A DNA stretch of 64,000 nt from a bacterium. GTDB lineage: Bacteria > ARS69. The stretch is from NCBI GenBank assembly GCA_046330135.1, contig JAXLTI010000004.1, positions 1,174,394-1,238,393 on the forward strand, read 5' to 3'. The number at the start of each line of letters is the position of its first letter. The first letter of the stretch is position 1. Below, piece by piece: positions 18,209 through 26,901 of this stretch. The position numbers and the translations under genes were made by a program. The notes below the pieces were generated by a model. The model was given only the letters and a program-made list of their open reading frames with translations, was not told where the DNA came from and did no database searches.

Positions 18209-18586
18209 GTGCGCGACCTCGAGACGGCCCTCAAGGCGGCAGGCGATCCCACCCGCACGCGGATCCTGAAGCTGCTCGAGAAGAGCCCCTTGTGCGTCTG
18301 CCAGATCCAGGCCGTGCTGGACCTCGCCCCGTCCACGATCTCGAAGCACCTCGCGCTCCTGAAGGCGGCCGGGCTCGTCGTGGACCGGCGCGACGGCAAG
18401 TGGGTGGAGTACGCGCTCGCCGAGCGGTCGGACAACCCGTACGCGAGGCCGCTGCTCGATTTGCTCCGGGGTCCCCTGGACCGGGACGGCGCGATCCGCG
18501 CGGACCGGACCCGCTTGCGCCAGGTCCAGGCCGTGCCTCGCGAAACGCTCTGCCAGATCTCGCTCCCGGAGCGCCGCCGTGACTGA
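18209..18586 (+). CDS. arsR: ArsR/SmtB-family metalloregulator
   Basis: HTH block LCVCQIQAVLDLAPSTISKHLALLKAAGLV with a CVC metal(loid)-binding site in helix alpha3. Its stop overlaps the arsC GTG. Confidence 0.8.
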   Translation: MRDLETALKAAGDPTRTRILKLLEKSPLCVCQIQAVLDLAPSTISKHLALLKAAGLVVDRRDGKWVEYALAERSDNPYARPLLDLLRGPLDRDGAIRADRTRLRQVQAVPRETLCQISLPERRRD

Positions 18587-18998
18587 CGGGGGAGCGCGCA
18601 TCCTCTTCGTGTGCGTGGAGAACTCCTGCCGCTCGCAGATGGCGGAGGGGTTCGCCCGCGCGCGCGACGCGACGGGCCGCCTGGAGGTCTGGAGCGCGGG
18701 CTCGCGCCCCTCGGGAAGCGTGAACGCCCGCGCGATCCGGTTCATGGCGGAGAAGGGCGTCGATCTGTCGGCGCACGGGTCGAAGTCCCTGGAGAGCGTG
18801 CCGCAAGGCGTGACGTGGGATTGGGTCGTCACCATGGGCTGCGGCGACGCGTGTCCGCACGTGCCGGCGCGTCGACGACTGGACTGGGATCTTCCGGACC
18901 CGAAGAGCCTGGACGACGCCGGATTTCGCGCCGTGCGCGATCGCATCGAGCAGCTCGTGGGCGATCTCGCGAGCCAAGCCCTCGCGCCCGCCCGCTAG
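18579..18998 (+). CDS. arsC: arsenate reductase, LMW protein-tyrosine-phosphatase family (thioredoxin-coupled type)
   Basis: CVENSCRS P-loop (CX5R) at the N-terminus; 139 aa; additional Cys residues downstream (MGCGDAC) for the disulfide cascade. Confidence 0.8.
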   Translation: MTDGGARILFVCVENSCRSQMAEGFARARDATGRLEVWSAGSRPSGSVNARAIRFMAEKGVDLSAHGSKSLESVPQGVTWDWVVTMGCGDACPHVPARRRLDWDLPDPKSLDDAGFRAVRDRIEQLVGDLASQALAPAR

Positions 18999-19015
18999 CC
19001 GTGAGGAGGGAAGCC

Positions 19016-20140
19016 GTGTCGGCGCCATCGGAAAGGCGCGAAGCAGCGCACGAAGCGGCGCCCGCCAAGCGGCTGGCCTTCTTCGAGCGCTATCTCACGG
19101 TCTGGGTGGCGGCGTGCATGGTGGCGGGCGTGCTGCTCGGGCGCCTCGTGCCGGGGCTCGTGGGCGCGCTGCGCGACCTGGAGCTCGGGCGCGGCAGCCG
19201 GATCAACCTGCCGATCGCCATCCTCATCTGGCTCATGATCTACCCGATGATGCTGAAGATCGACCTCGCGAGCGTCCTGAACGTGAGGCGCCGGCCCACC
19301 GGCATCCTCGTGACGCTCTTCGTGAACTGGCTCGTGAAGCCGTTCTCGATGGCCTTGCTCGCCTGGATCTTCTTCAAGCACGTGTTCGTCGCGTGGATCG
19401 GGCCCGGTCTCGCGGACCAATACGTGGCCGGCGCGATCATCCTCGCGGCGGCGCCGTGCACCGCCATGGTGTTCGTGTGGTCGTACCTGACCGACGGCGA
19501 TCCGGCGTACACGCTCGTCCAGGTCTCGCTGAACGACCTCATCATGCTCGTTCTCTTCGCTCCGATCGTGGGGCTTCTCGTGGCCGGAGCGAGCGGGTTG
19601 CACGTGCCGTTCCAGGTGCTGCTCACGAGCGTGCTGGCCTTCATCGTGATCCCGCTCGCGGCGGGAAGCCTGAGCCGCGCGTGGCTGCTGCGTACGAAGG
19701 GCCGCGAGTGGTTCGAAGGCTACGTGCGCGCGTTCCACCCCGTCACCACGACGGCGCTGCTCGCCACGCTCGTGCTCATCTTCGCGTTCCAGGCGGAGAA
19801 CGTCACGGGCCGCGCCTTCCACGTGGTCCTGATCGCGGTGCCCATCCTCATCCAGGTCTACTTCAACGCCGGCCTCGCGTACTGGCTCATGAGGCGGCTG
19901 AGAGTGACTCATTCCGTCGCGGCTCCGGGCGCCCTCATCGGCGCCAGCAACTTCTTCGAGCTGGCGGTGGCCGTGGCCATCGCGTTGTTCGGACCCAGCT
20001 CGGGCGCCGCCCTCGTCACGGTGGTGGGTGTCCTGGTCGAGGTGCCGGTGATGCTCTCGGTGTGCGCGGCGTGCAACCGGACGCGCCACTGGTTTCCCGC
20101 GCCGCCCAGGGCGCTGGCGACGGAAGCGAACGTGTCATGA
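19016..20140 (+). CDS. acr3: arsenite efflux transporter, ACR3 family
   Basis: GTG at 19016 with GAGGAGGG RBS. Ten TM helices. The ILAAAPCTAMV motif with the conserved Cys in TM4 is typical of ACR3. The table ORF N-terminus (18611-19015) lies in the arsC reading region and was discarded. Confidence 0.85.
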   Translation: MSAPSERREAAHEAAPAKRLAFFERYLTVWVAACMVAGVLLGRLVPGLVGALRDLELGRGSRINLPIAILIWLMIYPMMLKIDLASVLNVRRRPTGILVTLFVNWLVKPFSMALLAWIFFKHVFVAWIGPGLADQYVAGAIILAAAPCTAMVFVWSYLTDGDPAYTLVQVSLNDLIMLVLFAPIVGLLVAGASGLHVPFQVLLTSVLAFIVIPLAAGSLSRAWLLRTKGREWFEGYVRAFHPVTTTALLATLVLIFAFQAENVTGRAFHVVLIAVPILIQVYFNAGLAYWLMRRLRVTHSVAAPGALIGASNFFELAVAVAIALFGPSSGAALVTVVGVLVEVPVMLSVCAACNRTRHWFPAPPRALATEANVS

Positions 20141-21195
20141 CCGAGGCTGCGCGGCTTCGAGCGCGATCCACGGCGCGAGGGCTTCGCATTCCGACCGTCG
20201 TCGCCGCCGCCGCGGCGGCCTGGCTCCTCGTCTTCGTCGCCCTCGGGTCGATCTCCGCGTGGATCGCCCGCGATCTCCTGCGCCTGTCTCCGGCCACCCG
20301 CGTCGGCCGGGCGGTCGAGTTCTTCGTCTTCGAGGCGCCGAAGGTCCTGCTGCTGCTCGTGGCCGTCGTCTTCGCCGTGGGCATCGTGCGCTCGTTCTTC
20401 AGCCCGGAGCGGACCCGCGCCATCCTCGCGGGGAGGGGGCGCTCGCTCGGCAACGTGCTGGCGGCCGCGTTGGGCACCGTCACACCCTTCTGCTCGTGCT
20501 CGGCCGTTCCCCTGTTCATCGGATTCCTCACGGCGGGCGTGCCGCTCGGCGTGACGTTTTCATTCCTCGTGGCGGCGCCCATGGTGAACGAGGTCGCGCT
20601 CGCGCTGCTCTTCGCGATGTTCGGCTGGCGGGTGGCGGCGCTCTACCTTTCCACGGGTCTCGGCGTCGCGATCGTCGCGGGGTGGGTCCTCGGGCGGCTG
20701 CACATGGAGCGCCACGTGGAACCGTGGGTGTACGGGTCCGCGCCGGCCGCCGCCTCCGCAGCTCCGCGGGGCGGGTTGCTCGCGGAGCAGCCCGTGCTCG
20801 CGGGGTGGGCGTCCGTGCGCGAGATCGTGGGGCGGGTCTGGCCCTTCGTGCTCGCCGGAATCGCGGTGGGCGCAGCGATCCACGGATACGTGCCCGAGGG
20901 ATTCCTCGCGTCGATCATGGGCAAGGCCGCGTGGTGGTCGGTGCCGCTGGCCGTGATCATCGGCGTGCCGATGTACTCGAACGCCGCCGGGATCATCCCC
21001 GTGGTGCATGCGCTCCTCGAGAAGGGCGCGGCGCTCGGGACGGTGCTGGCGTTCATGATGTCGGTGATCGCCCTGTCCCTGCCCGAGACGATCATCCTGC
21101 GCAAGGTCCTGAAGCCGAGGCTGATCGGCGTGTTCGTCGGCGTCGTCGCGGCCGGCATCGTCGGCGTCGGCTTCCTGTTCAACTGGCTGATCTGA
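20137..21195 (+). CDS. arsP: permease, ArsP-like (DUF318 two-domain permease with TPFCSCS motif)
   Basis: ATGA overlap with the acr3 stop. Contains GTVTPFCSCSAVPLF; the TPFcSCS motif is the signature described for the organoarsenical efflux permease ArsP. Confidence 0.65.
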   Translation: MTEAARLRARSTARGLRIPTVVAAAAAAWLLVFVALGSISAWIARDLLRLSPATRVGRAVEFFVFEAPKVLLLLVAVVFAVGIVRSFFSPERTRAILAGRGRSLGNVLAAALGTVTPFCSCSAVPLFIGFLTAGVPLGVTFSFLVAAPMVNEVALALLFAMFGWRVAALYLSTGLGVAIVAGWVLGRLHMERHVEPWVYGSAPAAASAAPRGGLLAEQPVLAGWASVREIVGRVWPFVLAGIAVGAAIHGYVPEGFLASIMGKAAWWSVPLAVIIGVPMYSNAAGIIPVVHALLEKGAALGTVLAFMMSVIALSLPETIILRKVLKPRLIGVFVGVVAAGIVGVGFLFNWLI

Positions 21196-21238
21196 GCGGC
21201 CGGGAGACGCGCTGCGGCCCTCGGAAGGAGGATCGATC

Positions 21239-21469
21239 GTGAGAGTCGAGATTCTGGGAAGCGGCTGCCGCAAGTGCGAGGCGCTCTACGAGCAGACGAA
21301 GCGCGCGGCGGCGGAGCTGGGCCTCGAGTGCACCCTGGAGAAGGTCACGGACGTCGAGGCGATCGTGGGTCGCGGCGTGATGGCCACGCCCGCGCTCGTC
21401 GTCGACGGGAAGGTGAAGGTCGCCGGCCGCGTTCCCTCGACGTCGCAGATCAAGGAGATGTTGTCGTGA
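21239..21469 (+). CDS. small thioredoxin-family protein (Thioredoxin_3/redox-active disulfide protein 2 type, CxxC)
   Basis: 76 aa. MRVEILGSGCRKCEALYEQ...VTDVEAIVGRGVMATPALVVDGKVKVAGRVPS closely follows the TM0996/MTH895 pattern (CxxC near the N-terminus, VMSTPALV-like). Confidence 0.65.
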   Translation: MRVEILGSGCRKCEALYEQTKRAAAELGLECTLEKVTDVEAIVGRGVMATPALVVDGKVKVAGRVPSTSQIKEMLS

Positions 21470-21996
21470 GCGCGCGCGGAGCGGGTGCGCGTCTCGCGAC
21501 CGGCCGCGCGGCGGTGCTGGCCGGGCTCTGCCTCCTCGTGGGCGCCGCCGCCCTCGCCGGCCCCCGGTCGCCGGCGGACCCGGGGACGCCGGTGCACTCC
21601 AAGTCGCCGGCCGAACCGAAGACGACGCCGGAGACGCCGGCCGTCGCCGTTCCCTCCCATCAGGTCACCGCCTACTATTTCTTCATGAACTTCCGCTGCC
21701 CATCCTGCCGGAAGATCGAGGCGTGGTCGCACGAGGCCATCGACGCAGCGTTCGCGAAGGAGCTGAAGGAGGGGCGCCTGGTCTGGCGTCCGGTGAACGT
21801 CGAGGAGAAGGGCAACGAGCACTTCATGAAGGACTACAAGCTGTTCACGAAGTCGCTGGTCATCGTGGACGAGCGCGACGGTCGCGAGGTGCGCTGGAAG
21901 AACCTCGGGAAGGTCTGGGAGCTCCTGCGGACGAAGGACGCCTTCGTAGCCTACGTGCAGAACGAAGTGCGGGGCTACCTGACCGAGACCTCGTGA
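21466..21996 (+). CDS. secreted thioredoxin-like CxxC protein (possibly ArsF-like)
   Basis: GTGA overlap with the upstream gene. Signal peptide. FMNFRCPSCRKIE carries the CxxC. Confidence 0.5.
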   Translation: MSARGAGARLATGRAAVLAGLCLLVGAAALAGPRSPADPGTPVHSKSPAEPKTTPETPAVAVPSHQVTAYYFFMNFRCPSCRKIEAWSHEAIDAAFAKELKEGRLVWRPVNVEEKGNEHFMKDYKLFTKSLVIVDERDGREVRWKNLGKVWELLRTKDAFVAYVQNEVRGYLTETS

Positions 21997-22682
21997 CGCC
22001 CCTGGCCGCGATCGGCTCGGCGCTCTGGCTGGGGGTCCTGACGGCCCTCAGTCCCTGCCCGCTGATGTCCAACGTCGCGGCGATCTCGTTCCTGGGCCGC
22101 GACGTCCGCAGCCCCCGCCGAGTTCTGGCGGCCGGCGCGTGCTACTCGATCGGACGGGCATTGACCTACGTGGTCATCGCCATGCTCGTGGTCTCGAGCC
22201 TTCTCTCGGTTCCGAGTCTGTCCTTCTTCCTGCAGAACCGCATGAACGAGATCCTGGGTCCGCTCCTCGTGGTCGTCGGCATTGCGATTCTCCTCGCCCC
22301 GCGCTTCGTTTCGCCGACCTGGCGCGTGGGCGAGGGGTTGGCACGGCGCGTGGCGGGCCACGGCGCGCTGGGCGCGACCGCGCTCGGCGTTCTCTTCGCG
22401 CTCTCGTTCTGCCCCGTTTCGGCGGGCCTCTTCTTCGGCGGCCTCGTGCCGCTCGCGATCGGCGCGGGCTCGCGTGTGGTCCTGCCGGCGGCCTTCGGAC
22501 TCGGCACCGCGCTGCCGGTCGTCCTCTTCGCGCTGCTCGTGGCGCTCGCCGCGGGGAAGATCGGACGGGCCTTTCACGCGGCGAGCCGTGTCGAGCGCGT
22601 CGCCCGGCCGGCGACGGGCGTCGTATTCGCCCTCGCCGGCGCGTGGCTGACGCTGCGACACTTCTTCGGCCTCGAAATCTGA
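21993..22682 (+). CDS. DsbD_2/CcdA-family transmembrane thiol-disulfide transporter
   Basis: GTGA overlap with the upstream gene. Six TM helices, with LTALSPCPL and FALSFCPVS Cys-containing TM motifs as in cytochrome-c-biogenesis-type electron transporters. Confidence 0.6.
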   Translation: MTPLAAIGSALWLGVLTALSPCPLMSNVAAISFLGRDVRSPRRVLAAGACYSIGRALTYVVIAMLVVSSLLSVPSLSFFLQNRMNEILGPLLVVVGIAILLAPRFVSPTWRVGEGLARRVAGHGALGATALGVLFALSFCPVSAGLFFGGLVPLAIGAGSRVVLPAAFGLGTALPVVLFALLVALAAGKIGRAFHAASRVERVARPATGVVFALAGAWLTLRHFFGLEI

Positions 22683-22689
22683 GGCGCGC

Positions 22690-23205
22690 TCACTTCACCG
22701 CGCCGGGCTTCCCGCACAGCCTACGCAGGACGCCGAGCTGCCCCACGTGGTAGCCGTCGTGGAACGAGAACGCGGCGATCATGTCGCCCACGCTGTCCAC
22801 GCCGAACGGGTTCCTGTCGGCCGGCAAGGGCGCGGCGAGCCGCTCCGGCGTGAGCGACGCGAGCCCCGCGCGGAGGCGCTCTTGCGACGTGTCCAGCGCC
22901 GCCACGATGCGGTCCCAGGCCAGAGCCTTCGCGGGATCGGTGAGCGGAGGCGCGCCGCGCTTGTAGGTCTCGTTCTCGGCCGGCGTCAGCACGGGCGTCT
23001 GCCCGAGGAGTCCCAGGAGATTGTCGCGGGTGGCGACGACGTGCCCGCCGACCCAGTTGATGCAGTTCGCGGTCGGCTGCGGGATGCGCAGGCTCTCCGC
23101 ATGCGTGACGCCTTCGGTATTGCGCCGGAACACGCCGTACGTGAACTCGAAGAGGGTTCCGAGCGTCTTCGCGCTCACGGGAACGGCCGTCGTCTGCGTG
23201 GTCAT
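22690..23205 (-). CDS. DinB/YfiT-like family protein
   Basis: Start at MTTQTT (23205). The table ORF N-terminus up to 23787 is Arg-rich and overlaps marR. The C-terminus FHDGYHVGQLGVLRRL is characteristic of DinB_2. ATGA overlap with the marR stop. Confidence 0.6.
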   Translation of the reverse strand: MTTQTTAVPVSAKTLGTLFEFTYGVFRRNTEGVTHAESLRIPQPTANCINWVGGHVVATRDNLLGLLGQTPVLTPAENETYKRGAPPLTDPAKALAWDRIVAALDTSQERLRAGLASLTPERLAAPLPADRNPFGVDSVGDMIAAFSFHDGYHVGQLGVLRRLCGKPGAVK

Positions 23206-23648
23206 CTCGGCTCCTTTCGCTTGGTTCGCACTTCGACTTCCGTGGCTTTCGCGATTCCCTCGAGGACCCGCTGGAAGCCGCGCAAGTCCTCGTCGTCGAT
23301 CTCCGAACGAATCCGGCCCTCGAGATCCTCGACGTGCCGCTGCACCTGGTCGGCGAGACGCCGACCTTCCTCCGTCACGTGCACGAGCACCGAGCGCCGA
23401 TCGTGAGGATGCGGCTCGCGGCGAACGAGCCCGCGGCGCTCGAGTCGATCGAGGAGGCTCGTGAGCGTCGACTTCTTGAAGCCGAACACGCGGACGAGCT
23501 CCGAGATGGGAGCGGGCGAGTAGCTCCGGAGGAACGAGAGCAGATGTCCCTCCGGATTCTGCAGACCGAGCTCCGACACGTGACCGGCGAGGAAGATCCC
23601 GATCTGGCGCGTGGCGCGATGCAGGGGAGAGAGGAAGAGAAGGGGCAT
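23202..23648 (-). CDS. MarR-family transcriptional regulator
   Basis: Winged-HTH block ISELVRVFGFKKSTLTSLLDRLERRGLVRREPHPHDRRSVLVHVTEEG. An AT-rich palindromic stretch lies upstream (23655-23700). Confidence 0.8.
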   Translation of the reverse strand: MPLLFLSPLHRATRQIGIFLAGHVSELGLQNPEGHLLSFLRSYSPAPISELVRVFGFKKSTLTSLLDRLERRGLVRREPHPHDRRSVLVHVTEEGRRLADQVQRHVEDLEGRIRSEIDDEDLRGFQRVLEGIAKATEVEVRTKRKEPR

Positions 23649-23834
23649 GGCGCCTCCAGATAGTCCGAAATCGGATAGTACGATATCGGATTATATGCCG
23701 GGGCGCAAGAGGGAATTCCGTGGGCGCGGGGAGCAGCGGCAGGGCGGCGCGCCCCCCTGAGAAGGGGTCCCGGTCAGGATCCGGCAAGATCCGGCGCGAT
23801 CCAGGCCGCCCATCAGGCCGCCATCAGGCTGCGT

Positions 23835-24605
23835 TCAGGCCGCGACGATCCGGACCTCGTGGAAGCGCGGCGAGGCGTCGCGCCAGGCCTGCCGGAGCGT
23901 CTCGGCGCTCGTGCAGCGGGCGCGGGGCAGGTCCCGGCAGGGGATCGCCAGGTGAACCGACCGGCGGAAGGGGTACGGCCGGAAGGTGAGCACGTCCGGG
24001 CCGATCCACTCGGGGACGTGGCGCCGGCCGTCGGGCGAATCCGCGACGCGCTCGAGCGGCAGCCAGTCCGGCGGGTTGCCGGACTCCGGCCCGCACAGGC
24101 AGGCGAAGAGCGAGAGGTCGTCGAAGTGGCGCAGGAGCGCCGCCTCCGCGGCGAGCCGCGGGTCGCCCGCGTCGAGGCCGAAGCCCGCCGCGATCCGCTC
24201 GCGACGTTCCTCCTCGTTCTGCCGGAACTCCTCGCCCTCGGGCTCGTCCACGAAGCGCGAGAAGTGGATGCTCGCGAGGAGCGTCGCGTAGGCGTCGATC
24301 TGCTCGAGGCGATCCAGGCCGTGCGCGTAGAGCGGCCGGCGGCGGGCACCCTCGAGCGTCTGAAAGGTGACGGGCGCGCGACGCCCTTCGTCCCACACCG
24401 GCTCGACGTCCTCCTCCGCCCACACGACGTCGTGCCAGGCGATGGCGAAGGCGAGGCGCGGCGCGAGGGCGGCCCCGTCGATGTCGAGCCACTCGAGCGC
24501 CATGCGACCCGACGCGAGCGAGTGATCGAGCTGCCGCATCAGCCGAAGGGAGTCTCCCCGCTCCAAGACGACCATGCGTCTCCCTGCGCTCGTGGCGCCA
24601 TCCAC
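23835..24605 (-). CDS. conserved hypothetical protein
   Basis: 256-aa ORF without Arg-rich bias; acidic central region. No confident family assignment. Confidence 0.4.
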   Translation of the reverse strand: MDGATSAGRRMVVLERGDSLRLMRQLDHSLASGRMALEWLDIDGAALAPRLAFAIAWHDVVWAEEDVEPVWDEGRRAPVTFQTLEGARRRPLYAHGLDRLEQIDAYATLLASIHFSRFVDEPEGEEFRQNEEERRERIAAGFGLDAGDPRLAAEAALLRHFDDLSLFACLCGPESGNPPDWLPLERVADSPDGRRHVPEWIGPDVLTFRPYPFRRSVHLAIPCRDLPRARCTSAETLRQAWRDASPRFHEVRIVAA

Positions 24606-24680
24606 TCCGGAGAGCCGGGCGCCACCGCCATCATCCCCGGAGAATCCCCGGGGCGCCGCCTCGATTCCGGAGAATCTCGC
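24605..24680. repeat. three direct copies of YCCGGAGARYC at about 30-bp spacing in a divergent intergenic region
   Basis: tccggagagcc (24607), cccggagaatc (24636), tccggagaatc (24666). Too short and too few copies for a CRISPR array; a candidate regulator binding array. Confidence 0.4.
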
Positions 24681-24739
24681 TCAACGCCGCGGCATCCCCT
24701 AGGATGTCAGTCGGACCCACCGGTCCGGAAGGGGGTACC

Positions 24740-24943
24740 ATGACGAAGAACATGGGCGGTGTCGACCGCGGTCTGCGCGCGCTCCTCGGGGTGGTCATCC
24801 TCGGCGCCGGTCTCGGCCTCTCGAAGGGTGCTTGGTGGGGTTGGCTCGGACTCATTCCGCTCGCCACGTCGTTCGTCGGCTTCTGCCCGGCGTACGCTCC
24901 CTTCCGCTTCTCGACCTGCAAGAAGGAGAAGCCCGCGAGCTGA
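24740..24943 (+). CDS. DUF2892-family small membrane protein (YgaP-like)
   Basis: RALLGVVILGAGLG..WGWLGLIPLATSFVGFCP matches the DUF2892 pattern. Start could be 24704 or 24740. Confidence 0.55.
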   Translation: MTKNMGGVDRGLRALLGVVILGAGLGLSKGAWWGWLGLIPLATSFVGFCPAYAPFRFSTCKKEKPAS

Positions 24944-24995
24944 CCCGAGGCGCCCGGGCTTGCCGAGCCCGGGCGCTCTCGCAGGCGGCGGCCTC

Positions 24996-25727
24996 ATGAG
25001 CAAGATCACGGCGCCTCCGCCGCTTCGCCGCGGACGGCAGAGCGGACCCCCGCACATGGAGTGGCGCCTGGACGGCGCGGCCGACGCGGGCGACGCGTCC
25101 GCGCCGCTCGTCCTGTGCCTGCACGGCTACGGGATGGACGAGGATCTGTTCGCGGCGCTCCTCCAGAAGCTCTTCGCGCTGCCCATGCGCTTCCTCGTGC
25201 CGCGCGCGCCGCACCCGGTCCGCCTTCACGCAGGGCCCGAAGCCGCGAACGGCGGGAGCTGGTACGCGTACGACGGCATCCAGGAGCACTTCCGCAAGGA
25301 GCTCGAGCGTGTGGAAGGGGAGCTGCTCGATCTCGTACGGGACGCGGAGGCCGAGGCCGGGCTCCACCCGCGAAGCCGCTGGGTGATGGGATTCTCGCAG
25401 GGCGGCTACTGCGGCGCGTGGCTGGCGATCCGGAACCCGTCCACGTTCTCGGGGCTCATCGTCTCCGGCGCCCGCGTGAAGACGGAGCTTCTCGTCGCCG
25501 AGATGGCGGCCGCGGCGGCGCAGCGCTTCGGCGTCCTGCTCTGCCACGGAGAGAAGGATCGCTCGGTCACGCCCGAAGCCGCGCAGCGCAGCCATGACGC
25601 GCTCGCCGCGGCCGGCGTGGACGTTCAGCTCAAGACGTTCGACGTGGGGCACTCGCTGGGGCGGGGACAGGTCGCCGCGATGGCCGAGTGGCTGACTCGG
25701 GCGACGGGAGCGGACGCGGCGCGGTGA
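24996..25727 (+). CDS. phospholipase/carboxylesterase-family alpha/beta hydrolase
   Basis: GFSQGG nucleophile motif, LCLHGYG and the Abhydrolase_2 layout. ATG at 24996 in the frame of the longer table ORF. Confidence 0.75.
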   Translation: MSKITAPPPLRRGRQSGPPHMEWRLDGAADAGDASAPLVLCLHGYGMDEDLFAALLQKLFALPMRFLVPRAPHPVRLHAGPEAANGGSWYAYDGIQEHFRKELERVEGELLDLVRDAEAEAGLHPRSRWVMGFSQGGYCGAWLAIRNPSTFSGLIVSGARVKTELLVAEMAAAAAQRFGVLLCHGEKDRSVTPEAAQRSHDALAAAGVDVQLKTFDVGHSLGRGQVAAMAEWLTRATGADAAR

Positions 25728-26901
25728 CGTCGTCCGGTCGACGGACGAGCTCCTCGAAGAGTGCGCGCATGTTCGCCACGAAGGCGTCGCTCGAGAAGAG
25801 GCGCTCGAAGCGTCGACGTCCTGCTTCGCCGAGGCGCGCGGCCAGCTCCGGATCCCGGGCGATGCGCGCGACGCCCGCCGCCAGCGCGGGCGCGTCGCCC
25901 GCGGGCGCGAGGAAGCCCGTGACCTCCCGAGCGACGGCCTCCTTCGTGCCGCCCACGTCGGTCGCCACGACCGGCAGCCCCATCGCCATCGCCTCGCGAA
26001 CCGCCCCGGGCAGGCCCTCGGCGCGCGAGGTCTGCACGTACACGTCGAGGCGGGCGAGGAACGCCCACGGATCCTCGATCCAACCGGCCAGCTCCAGACG
26101 CTCGCCGAGGCCGTGGCGATACGCCACCTTGCGCAGCTCGTCGCGGTAGGACGCGTCCTCGGGAAGCGCGTCGCCGCCGATCACGAAGCAGGCGGCGGGA
26201 ACGTCGCGCGCGAGCTGCGCGGCCATCTCCACGAAGGTCTGCGGATCCTTGCGCGGCGAGAGGGCGCCGAGAGTCCCGACGACCAGCCGATCGCCCGGCG
26301 CGCGACGTCGCGGCGCGGGCGGCGGCGGGGCCGCGTGTCCCGTGTATACCGCGCGGAGCTTCGGCCGAGCGCGCGAGAGCTGCGCCTTCCGGAAGATCTC
26401 CGCCGCCTGGGCTTCGTACTCGGTGACGATGCGCGCCGCCGCGCCGATCGCGACGTCGTTCAGGACGCGCACCACACCCGTCGAGCGCTGGCCGAGCCAG
26501 ACGTTCCACACGAGCGGCACCCGTGCGCGCCGGCACGCGGCGGCCACCGTGAGCATCGTGCGGAGATTCGTGGCCCACACGGCCGCCGGCTGCATCTCGG
26601 CGAGAAGCGCTGCGAACGACCCGTCGTAGGCCAGGAGGCCGCCGGCCGCGCGGAGCGCGCCCAGAGCCGACGGGCGCGCGAGCTCCCCGCCGAACACGTC
26701 GAGGCTGCGGGGAAGCGAGAGGACTCGCACCGCCACGCCGTCCGCGGCCACCGCCCGCGTGAGGTCGCTCTCCCGCTGCGTCACGAGGCAGGGCTCGATC
26801 ACGCCGCCGCGCAGCCCTGCGAGGAGCGTGCGGATCATGCGCGGCCCGCCGGTCAGGCGATCGCCCTGCGTGGTGTGCACGAAGAGGACGCGCGCGCTCA
26901 T
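25630..26901 (-). CDS. glycosyltransferase family 4
   Basis: Start MSARVLFVHTT. The C-terminal half contains the EGLPGAVREAMAMGLPVVATDVGG (E-x7-E) GT4 motif. ATGA overlap with the polymerase stop. Confidence 0.8.
   Translation of the reverse strand: MSARVLFVHTTQGDRLTGGPRMIRTLLAGLRGGVIEPCLVTQRESDLTRAVAADGVAVRVLSLPRSLDVFGGELARPSALGALRAAGGLLAYDGSFAALLAEMQPAAVWATNLRTMLTVAAACRRARVPLVWNVWLGQRSTGVVRVLNDVAIGAAARIVTEYEAQAAEIFRKAQLSRARPKLRAVYTGHAAPPPPAPRRRAPGDRLVVGTLGALSPRKDPQTFVEMAAQLARDVPAACFVIGGDALPEDASYRDELRKVAYRHGLGERLELAGWIEDPWAFLARLDVYVQTSRAEGLPGAVREAMAMGLPVVATDVGGTKEAVAREVTGFLAPAGDAPALAAGVARIARDPELAARLGEAGRRRFERLFSSDAFVANMRALFEELVRRPDDVTAPRPLPSPESATRPSRRPVPAPASAPRRTS

Noticed and set aside
17405-18946. 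513-aa minus ORF across aquaporin/arsR/arsC and the 18231..19028 minus ORF
   Set aside because: These are antisense to four recognisable ars genes. They have Arg/Pro/Gly-rich composition and no domains.
19114-21195. 693-aa plus ORF spanning acr3 and arsP in a different frame, and 20259..21242
   Set aside because: These are frame-shifted readings of real membrane-protein genes. Their translations are Arg/Ala/Gly-rich and lack hydrophobic helices.
24605-24680. Possible CRISPR array (three spaced repeats)
   Set aside because: The repeats are only about 10 bp long with three copies. The spacers are about 20 bp and there are no cas genes. This fits a regulatory binding array rather than CRISPR.
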